From positions 210,001 through 242,000 of the forward strand of contig BPGA01000001.1 of assembly GCA_026002795.1 (NCBI GenBank): DNA of 32,000 nucleotides. The letters are read 5' to 3'. The notes beneath the pieces were generated by a model. It had not been told where the DNA came from, made no database searches, and was given only the letters and a program-made list of their open reading frames with translations. Both the position numbers and the translations under genes were made by a program. This DNA comes from Candidatus Saccharimonadota bacterium (GTDB lineage: Archaea; Nanobdellota; Nanobdellia; Pacearchaeales; GW2011-AR1). This document shows, piece by piece, positions 25,565 through 32,000 of the stretch. Numbering within the stretch: position 1 is the stretch's first letter; each line of letters begins with the position of its first letter.

Positions 25565-25882
25565 ATGAAAATTCCAAAACAAGTTTCAAGATATTGTCCT
25601 TATTGCAATAAAAAAACAATTCATAAGATAAAAATAATTTCAACTGGATTTAGAAGAGGAGCTTTAACAAGAGGAAGCATAACAAGAGCAAGAAAAAGAG
25701 GTAAAGGAAGAGGAATTGGAAATAAAGGAAAATGGGGAAGTAAACCTGCTGTAAGTAAATTCAAAAGAAAAACAAAGACAAACAAAAAACCAAACATAAT
25801 GTATACTTGTGATGTGTGTGGAAAATCACACTATAGAAAAGGAAAAAGAAATAAAAGAACCGGAAAAGTACTACAAACATAA
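25565..25882 (+). CDS. rpl44e: 50S ribosomal protein L44e (eL42)
   Basis: The protein starts MKIPKQVSRYCPYCNKKTIHKI and later has CDVCGKSHYRKGKR, giving a C4 zinc ribbon. It is very basic and about 105 aa. A TATA-like CTTTAAAAA lies about 22-30 nt upstream. Confidence 0.85.
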   Translation: MKIPKQVSRYCPYCNKKTIHKIKIISTGFRRGALTRGSITRARKRGKGRGIGNKGKWGSKPAVSKFKRKTKTNKKPNIMYTCDVCGKSHYRKGKRNKRTGKVLQT

Positions 25883-25884
25883 AA

Positions 25885-26421
25885 ATGGCAGAAGCAAAAA
25901 GAAAAAGAAAGTTCATTGATGTTGAAATTCCAATAATAAAAAAAATAACACAGCTTTATGGATATGACTTAGAGGATTTAGAAAATAGGGTAATATCTTA
26001 CGACTTAACAAGAATTTTAAAAGGAAAAGGAGCTATTTTAAAACTTAAAGTTAAAATTGAGAATGGAAAAGCAACATCTTACCCAATAGAATTACAAATT
26101 TTGTTATCTTATATAAGAAGAATTATAAGAAAGGGAACTAATTATGTAGAAGACTCTTTTTCAGCAGAGTGTAAAGATTTTGTTTTAAGAATTAAACCTT
26201 TTTTAATAACAAGAAGAAAAGTTTCAAGGGCTATTAGAAAAGCTTTAAGAAATAAAGCAAGAGAATCAATTACAAATTACATTAAAGATAAAAAATCTGA
26301 AGAAATATTTAAGAAAGTTTTGAATGGAGAATTGCAGAAAACATTAATTCCTATTTTAAAGAAAATATACCCTTTATCTGTTTGTGAAATAAGAATTCTT
26401 AAAATCGAAAAAGAAAAATAA
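25885..26421 (+). CDS. rps3ae: 30S ribosomal protein S3Ae (eS1)
   Basis: 178 aa. The segments KRKFIDVEIPI ... YDLTRILKGKGAILKLKV ... LLSYIRRIIRKGTNYVED ... ILKKIYPLSVCEIRILKIE match the conserved S3Ae C-terminal KKIYPL..VEIRK block and the overall layout. Confidence 0.8.
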   Translation: MAEAKRKRKFIDVEIPIIKKITQLYGYDLEDLENRVISYDLTRILKGKGAILKLKVKIENGKATSYPIELQILLSYIRRIIRKGTNYVEDSFSAECKDFVLRIKPFLITRRKVSRAIRKALRNKARESITNYIKDKKSEEIFKKVLNGELQKTLIPILKKIYPLSVCEIRILKIEKEK

Positions 26422-26523
26422 AGAATTTGTTAGTTTTAAAAATCCTTTTAAATAAAATTTTACATAATTTTTTATAGTTTAGTTTATAGATTAAAGATTA
26501 TCTTGGGTTTATTAAAAAAACGA

Positions 26524-26595
<72 letters not shown>

Positions 26596-26615
26596 CTTTT
26601 GAGGATAAATTGTAA

Positions 26616-26696
26616 GCCTCCGTCGCACAATGGTAGTGCACCGGTCTTGAGAACCGGGCCCTTACGGGCATCCAGGTTCGATTCCTGGCGGAGGCG
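26616..26696 (+). tRNA. tRNA-Ser (anticodon TGA), class II with variable arm
   Basis: The sequence is GCCTCCGTCGCACAATGGTAGTGCACCGGTCTTGAGAACCGGGCCCTTACGGGCATCCAGGTTCGATTCCTGGCGGAGGCG. The anticodon stem is CCGGT/ACCGG with loop CTTGAGA, the variable arm is GCCC-TTAC-GGGC, and the discriminator is G73. Confidence 0.85.
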
Positions 26697-26834
26697 TTTT
26701 AAATTATACCGAAATTTCTTAAGTTATAGTCAGGTTAACTAATTAACTAAGTAATAGAAATTTAATAGATAATCTCAATTAAATAAGTAATAAAATTAAC
26801 TTGGATAATTTTTAGAAATTTTGAGTTTTCTTAA

Positions 26835-27113
26835 CTAATCTAAACCAAAAAGTTTTTTCCACCAAGGCTTTTTTTTAGGTTCTTCTGTTATTATTTCATG
26901 AGTTATTTTTGGTTTTTCTTCTAAAATAGGTGCTTCTTGTGAAAGTTCTTTATTTACTTGTTCTATTGCTTTATTCACAGAAATCCTAGAATAACCTTGA
27001 TTAATTAGGGCCCATTTCAATGACTCTAAAGTATAACCCTTCTTTAAATTTTTTTTAAGATACTCGACAATTTTTCTTATATATTCTGATTCATACTGGT
27101 TTTTTGTTCTCAT
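26835..27113 (-). CDS. Hypothetical small protein (92 aa)
   Basis: ATG-initiated ORF. It has a helical N-terminal domain (YIRKIVEYLKKNLKKGYTLESLKWALINQGYSRISVNKAIEQV) and a basic, Trp-containing tail (KKKPWWKKLFGLD). I do not recognise a family. Confidence 0.5.
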   Translation of the reverse strand: MRTKNQYESEYIRKIVEYLKKNLKKGYTLESLKWALINQGYSRISVNKAIEQVNKELSQEAPILEEKPKITHEIITEEPKKKPWWKKLFGLD

Positions 27114-27180
27114 TTTAAATTAAAGTATTTGTGTGTTTAAAAACGTTGTTGTTTAATATTATTAAAGTTCTTGTAAAGAA

Positions 27181-28665
27181 CTATCTAATGTGGATTACAG
27201 GATAAATTTTTTTATAATATTTAATTGCTTCATTAAGTCTTGATTTTGTTTCTGCATAAATTGTTAAAATCTTATCGCCTTTCTTTACTTTTTCATTTAA
27301 ATGGTAATGAATAAAAACTCCAGCAAATTTATCTATTGGACAACCTGCAACTCTTGCCAGGTCGTTTATTTTTTTATTTTCTATCCTAAAGATTGTACCT
27401 GATTTTTTTGCGACAAAAGAGTGATTTATTTTAGATGGTTTTAGATTTATAACTCTTCCTCCTTGAGCTTCTATAATTTCTTTAAATTTTTTAAAAGCTT
27501 TTCCTGAATAAAGAATTTGTCTTGCTAAATTTTCTCCCCGGCCTTTTTTCGATTTTCCTGCAAGCTCTAAAATTTGACCAGCTAAAAAAATTGCTTTATC
27601 TTCCAAATCTTTAGGACCTTTTTTTTCTGGATTTAAAACATTTATTACATCAATAAGTTCAAGAACAGGCCCAACACCATTTCCAATTGGCTGATTTCCT
27701 AAAGTTAAAACACACTTTAACTTTTTTTTAAAATATTTTCCTAGAACTTCAAATTTTCTTTTTAAAGCAAGTGCTTTTTGTTTGTTTACTTTTGCGCCTT
27801 CACCATATGGAATATCTATAAGAATTATTTTACTTCCTGCAGCGATTTTTTTTGATAAAATAGAAGCTAAAAGCTGTGGTTCTGGATCTATTTTTAACAT
27901 TTTTTCTATTCTAATTATTTTTTCGTCAGCGGGAACTAAACCTAAAGAACCGCCCCAAACCATACACCCGTTTGTTTTTTTTATTATTTTTTTAATATCT
28001 TTAATTGAAAACTCAACTTTTGCTATTGTTTCAATTACATCAGCAGTACCTGCTGCACTTGTTATTGCTCTAGAAGAATTTTTTGGTATGGTAAGTCCTG
28101 CTGCTGCACATATTGAAACAACAATTGGTGTTGTCCTATTTCCTGGTATTCCACCAATAGAATGTTTATCAACAACAATCTTCTTATTTATTTTTAATGT
28201 TGAGCCTGTTTTAACTATTGAATTTATCAAATAAGTTATTTCATTTAAAGACATTCCATTTTTATAAACAGCAGTTATAAAAAGGGCTATCTCTGCTTCT
28301 GAAAGTGAATTATTAACAATATCTTCCATTATTTCATCAAGTTCTTTCTGTGTAAGTGCTTTATTATTTAATTTCTTTTTTATAAAATTAAGAGCATATG
28401 GGCTATTAGAAAGATTTACTTCAACTTTTTCATTATTTTTAAAATTTAAATAACTCTTTAACTCGTGAGAAATTCCTATCTCGTTTTTTTTGACTAAAGT
28501 TTCTGTTATATCCACAACGCTTGAAACTTCTTTAGATTTTTTATGTTTTGATTTTATTGTTATTCTATCTAAAGGATGTACTCCTATTTTTGAGGCTGTT
28601 TTAGAATTAATCATAGCGACTGGAATTCCTGCAGACCATTTTAAAAATTTAATTCTTAGTTCCAT
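27181..28665 (-). CDS. deoA: AMP phosphorylase / thymidine phosphorylase family protein (archaeal long form with N-terminal extension)
   Basis: 494 aa. The segments HSIGGIPGNRTTPIVVSICAAAGLTIPKNSSRAITSAAGTADVIE ... MVWGGSLGLVPADEKI ... IPYGEGAKV show the glycosyl-transferase family 3 fold. The additional ~80-aa N-terminal domain is characteristic of archaeal AMP phosphorylases. Confidence 0.8.
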   Translation of the reverse strand: MELRIKFLKWSAGIPVAMINSKTASKIGVHPLDRITIKSKHKKSKEVSSVVDITETLVKKNEIGISHELKSYLNFKNNEKVEVNLSNSPYALNFIKKKLNNKALTQKELDEIMEDIVNNSLSEAEIALFITAVYKNGMSLNEITYLINSIVKTGSTLKINKKIVVDKHSIGGIPGNRTTPIVVSICAAAGLTIPKNSSRAITSAAGTADVIETIAKVEFSIKDIKKIIKKTNGCMVWGGSLGLVPADEKIIRIEKMLKIDPEPQLLASILSKKIAAGSKIILIDIPYGEGAKVNKQKALALKRKFEVLGKYFKKKLKCVLTLGNQPIGNGVGPVLELIDVINVLNPEKKGPKDLEDKAIFLAGQILELAGKSKKGRGENLARQILYSGKAFKKFKEIIEAQGGRVINLKPSKINHSFVAKKSGTIFRIENKKINDLARVAGCPIDKFAGVFIHYHLNEKVKKGDKILTIYAETKSRLNEAIKYYKKIYPVIHIR

Positions 28666-28676
28666 TTTTTAAACAT

Positions 28677-29720
28677 TTATTTCCCTTGAGAGTCAGTAAA
28701 AATAGACAAGGTTCCAGGTTTTCCTTTATATGCTTCTAACAAAACAATTAAGTATGATATCACTAAAGGACCAATGATAAATCCTAAAATTCCGAAAACA
28801 AAAACACCCCCAATCATTGATATAAGTAAAATTAAAGGACTTAATTTTGTTTTTTTAGATACTATAATTGGTCTTAAAATATTATCAATTGTTGAGGATA
28901 TAATTCCAAAAACAAAAACGCCCCAGCCAGAAATAGGATTTCCTGCTACAAATAAGAAAATTACAACAGGAATCCAAACTATTGCTGTTCCTATAATTGG
29001 AAGAACACCTAAAATAATTGCTATAATTGTTAAGAAAAAGGCATTATTTACTTTAAAAATAAAAAAGCCAATTCCAGCAATTAAACCTTGAATTATACCA
29101 ACAATAATTTGGCCATATAAGATAGAGGAAGTTACTTCTTGTGTATATTTAAAAAGTCTCTCTTTTATTTCTTTTTGAAATGGAAGAATTTCTTTAACAT
29201 ACAGAATTATTTGATCTTTGTCTCTTAAAACATAGAACAACGTGAAAAAAACAACAAAAATTTGTAAGCCAATAACAGGAAAATCTAATATAAGTTTAGT
29301 TAGAGATTTACTAAAAGAACTAATTGTTGATGAAACAAAATTGTTTAAAACAGGACCTATGTTATTAGAAAGCTCTTTCATCGTTTCTGTTTTTGGTAAA
29401 ATTGTTTGTAAAATTTCAACAAAATCTATTTGATTGATTGATTGAAAAGCTAAATAAGATTGTCGAAGAAGAGTTGGTAAAAAAAACCAAATAGGCAGAA
29501 TAATTACTACTAACAAAATAAGCACTATCAAAAAAGCGGCAATGTTTCTTGATTTTATTCTTAAATAAATAAAATCATAAACCGGGTTAAAAATAAAGGC
29601 CAAAACAAGAGCAAAAATTATTGAAAATAAAATAGGTTTTAAAATAAAAAAAGAGAGGACTATGAGAAAGAAAAAGAGAAGTACAGAAATTATATTTTTT
29701 AGTAATGGTTCATTTAACAT
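28677..29720 (-). CDS. AI-2E family transporter (PerM/UPF0118) membrane protein
   Basis: 347 aa with about 8 TM helices. The characteristic C-terminal half reads GQIIVGIIQGLIAGIGFFIF ... ILGVLPIIGTAIVWIPV ... ISSTIDNILRPIIVSKKTKLSPLILLISMIGGVFVFGILGFIIGPL. Confidence 0.8.
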   Translation of the reverse strand: MLNEPLLKNIISVLLFFFLIVLSFFILKPILFSIIFALVLAFIFNPVYDFIYLRIKSRNIAAFLIVLILLVVIILPIWFFLPTLLRQSYLAFQSINQIDFVEILQTILPKTETMKELSNNIGPVLNNFVSSTISSFSKSLTKLILDFPVIGLQIFVVFFTLFYVLRDKDQIILYVKEILPFQKEIKERLFKYTQEVTSSILYGQIIVGIIQGLIAGIGFFIFKVNNAFFLTIIAIILGVLPIIGTAIVWIPVVIFLFVAGNPISGWGVFVFGIISSTIDNILRPIIVSKKTKLSPLILLISMIGGVFVFGILGFIIGPLVISYLIVLLEAYKGKPGTLSIFTDSQGK

Positions 29721-29800
29721 ATTAAAAAAAACTTATTCAAATTTATAAAGTTTTGTAGGTATTTAGAAAAATTTTTATAATGAGAAAATGAAGTACTATC

Positions 29801-30496
29801 ATGAATTTTATCAAAAAAATTTTTGATGGAAAAATTGATAACTTTGTTCATTTACAATTTCAAAGATTTGGAAAAGGAGAATTTAAAGATAGAGCTTTAA
29901 TAAATGCGAAACAAAAAAATGGTATTTTTAAAATAAATGTTAGTTATGAATTTGCGAATGATTTGGTAAGAATTGTAGCAGAAAAATTAAAAGATAAAAA
30001 AACTAGGGTTAAAGGAGCAATAATATCCACAAAAGAAATAGAAGATATTCCTTTTAAAGAAAAAAAACAATTTCAAGGAGTTAAAAGATATATTATTGAT
30101 TGTGATATGTCTGGAAATGAAATTCTAAAGATAATGGAAAAGTTTCCAAAAGCTTTTTTTGCTTTAAGTTTTGATGCTGATAAAACTTCTTTAAAGATTA
30201 AGCCAAAAGCTCCATTATCTGGAAAACCTGGAAAAGAAGATGATCAAGAAAAAAAAGTTGATTTTTGTAACATCACAACAAATGATAAAACTATAGGAGA
30301 AAGTTTTGTCTTTGAAAAGCCAAATTTCAATGAAGCTGAAATTTCTCATGTCTTTTTAATTTCAGAACTTATTTATCCTAAAAACGAAAGTGATTTTGCA
30401 AAAATTAGAGAAATTGCAAAAAGAAAAGGAAAGATAATAAGAACAGCAAAAATTGACGGAAAAGTATATAACAAGAGTATAGATTTTGAAGCTTAA
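29801..30496 (+). CDS. Hypothetical soluble protein (231 aa) directly upstream of the L3-L4 ribosomal cluster
   Basis: Clean ATG ORF with the same codon style as its neighbours. I do not recognise a family. Confidence 0.6.
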   Translation: MNFIKKIFDGKIDNFVHLQFQRFGKGEFKDRALINAKQKNGIFKINVSYEFANDLVRIVAEKLKDKKTRVKGAIISTKEIEDIPFKEKKQFQGVKRYIIDCDMSGNEILKIMEKFPKAFFALSFDADKTSLKIKPKAPLSGKPGKEDDQEKKVDFCNITTNDKTIGESFVFEKPNFNEAEISHVFLISELIYPKNESDFAKIREIAKRKGKIIRTAKIDGKVYNKSIDFEA

Positions 30497-30595
30497 TCTT
30501 TTTAAAAAAGATTTAAAAACTTACTTTTTCTTGATATTTTGTCCAGGGCTTTTAAAAAATGGTCTTCAGAATACTGCTTAAAAATATAGTTAGAA

Positions 30596-31561
30596 ATGCC
30601 TACGAAAAGATCACCACGGAAAGGAAGTTTGCAATTTTGGCCCAGAAAAAGGGCATCGAGAATTCTGCCTAGAGTTAATTGGAATGCTATTTCATCTGAT
30701 TCTGTAAAAAATCTTAAAGGTTTTATAGCTTACAAAGCCGGAATGTTTTCAGCTATTGTTAAAGATATGACAGAAAATTCTATGACTAAAGGTAAAAAAA
30801 TTTCTTTTTCTGTAAGTGTTCTTGAATGTCCTCCGATGAAGATTTTTTCAGTTAGATTTTATAAAAATGGAAAGGTTGTTAAAGAGTTTATCTTACAAAA
30901 ACCAGAAAAAGAGTTAAAAAGGAAATTAAAGATTCCTAAAAAAGCAAATTACGATACAAATTTTTTAAATAATTTAGATTTAAAGGATTTTGATGATGTA
31001 CGTGTTTTATGTTACTCTATTGTTAAAAAAACAAATATAAAAAAGACGCCTGATCTAAAAGAAATAGCTCTTTCTGGAAATTTAGAAAAAAAGATAGAGT
31101 TTATAAAAAGTAAACTAGATAAAGAAATTAGTGTTTTTGATGTGTTTGAAAAAGGACAGCTCGTTGATTTAAGAGGCTTAACAAAAGGAAAAGGATTTTC
31201 AGGAGCTGTAAAAAGGTTTGGAATTTCTTTAAAACAACATAAAACAGAAAAAGGAGTTAGAAGACCTGGATCTTTAGGGCCTTGGCATCCTGCTAGAGTT
31301 AGTTTTAGGGTTGCTATGGCTGGTCAGCTAGGATTTTTTACAAGAGTAATTTATAATAGTAAGATAATAGATATTGGTTCTAGTAAAGAAATACCCGAGA
31401 AACTAAAAAACATAAAGAATTTTGGAGAAATTAAGAATGATTACATAATTGTTAAAGGTTCTGTTCAAGGACCTGCAAAAAGGCAGATACTCATAACACA
31501 TCCTTTAAGACCATCAAAGAAGCAATTAAAAAAAAGATATGAACTTTTAGAGATAGAATGA
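30596..31561 (+). CDS. rpl3: 50S ribosomal protein L3 (uL3)
   Basis: The N-terminus PRKGSLQFWPRKRA, the block FIAYKAGMF, and GKGFSGAVKRFGISLKQHKTEKGVRRPGSLGPWHPARV ... MAGQLGF show the archaeal L3 signature blocks. Confidence 0.92.
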   Translation: MPTKRSPRKGSLQFWPRKRASRILPRVNWNAISSDSVKNLKGFIAYKAGMFSAIVKDMTENSMTKGKKISFSVSVLECPPMKIFSVRFYKNGKVVKEFILQKPEKELKRKLKIPKKANYDTNFLNNLDLKDFDDVRVLCYSIVKKTNIKKTPDLKEIALSGNLEKKIEFIKSKLDKEISVFDVFEKGQLVDLRGLTKGKGFSGAVKRFGISLKQHKTEKGVRRPGSLGPWHPARVSFRVAMAGQLGFFTRVIYNSKIIDIGSSKEIPEKLKNIKNFGEIKNDYIIVKGSVQGPAKRQILITHPLRPSKKQLKKRYELLEIE

Positions 31562-32000
31562 CTTCAGTAATTAGCATAGAAGGTAAAAAAATAAAAGAAA
31601 TTAAAACGCCCGAATTTTTTAAAGAGAAGATTAGAGAGGATATTGTTTCAAAAGTATTAGAAATAAAAAAAACATTTCAACCACACTCGCCAAGCCCTGT
31701 CGCAGGAAAACAACATTCTGCTTCTGGAAACATAAGGCATGCTAGAAGAAAATGGAAAACTTCTTATGGAAGAGGAATTTCAAGAGTTCCTAGAAAAATT
31801 CTTGTAAGAAGGGGAAGCAGATTTATTTGGGTTGGTGCAGAAGTTGCATCAACAAGAGGTGGAAGAAGAGCTCACCCGCCAAAAGTTGTTTCTATGATAA
31901 ATACAAAAAAAATAAACAAAAAAGAAGCATTAATTGCTTTAAAAAGTGCTTTAAGTGCTAGTTCAAATAAAGAGTACATATGTAAAAAATATAAAAAAAT
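31558..32000 (+). CDS. rpl4: 50S ribosomal protein L4 (uL4), 5' part; runs off the window end
   Basis: This gene is not in the ORF track because no stop codon falls in the window. ATG 31558 overlaps the L3 stop in an ATGA arrangement. My translation is MTSVISIEGKKIKEIKTPEFF...SPVAGKQHSASGNIRHARRKWKTSYGRGISRVPRKIL...STRGGRRAHPPKV, which contains the conserved archaeal L4 GRGISRVPR and GGRRAHPPK blocks. The frame stays open to nt 32000. Confidence 0.85.
   Translation, partial: MTSVISIEGKKIKEIKTPEFFKEKIREDIVSKVLEIKKTFQPHSPSPVAGKQHSASGNIRHARRKWKTSYGRGISRVPRKILVRRGSRFIWVGAEVASTRGGRRAHPPKVVSMINTKKINKKEALIALKSALSASSNKEYICKKYKK

Noticed and set aside
27782-29433. Four + strand ORFs (27782-28234, 28490-28672, 28774-29091, 29242-29433)
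   Set aside because: All lie antisense within the confidently identified deoA and AI-2E genes. Their products are low-complexity, Ile/Lys/Phe-rich mirror translations.

Overview
This is an AT-rich archaeal chromosome segment. Gene content and style resemble small-genome DPANN-type archaea, but that lineage call is inference. Housekeeping genes present are TFB, an Sm-like protein, RNase Z, ribosomal proteins S8e, L44e, S3Ae, L3 and the start of L4, and six tRNAs without encoded CCA. AMP phosphorylase, an AI-2E permease and a YjbQ-family protein are also present. These genes are interleaved with two accessory cell-surface loci that fill roughly half of the window. Locus (i) is a 3198-aa, sequon-dense, multi-domain giant protein with a C-terminal membrane anchor (387-9983), convergent with a 572-aa surface protein (10469-12187). 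Locus (ii) is a minus-strand two-gene unit running from 25145 down to 16664. It encodes a 615-aa protein with an archaeal type IV pilin-like (class III) signal peptide, followed 13 nt later by a 2206-aa secreted giant. The C-terminus of that giant carries the conserved blocks of a lytic-transglycosylase/lysozyme-like (SLT) domain, a murein-cleaving fold in an organism that should make no murein. Locus (ii) is my best candidate for an undescribed host- or prey-cell-wall interaction system. I saw no CRISPR array, rRNA, transposase, integrase or reverse transcriptase. All domain calls come from reading motifs by eye; no HMM or structure search could be run.
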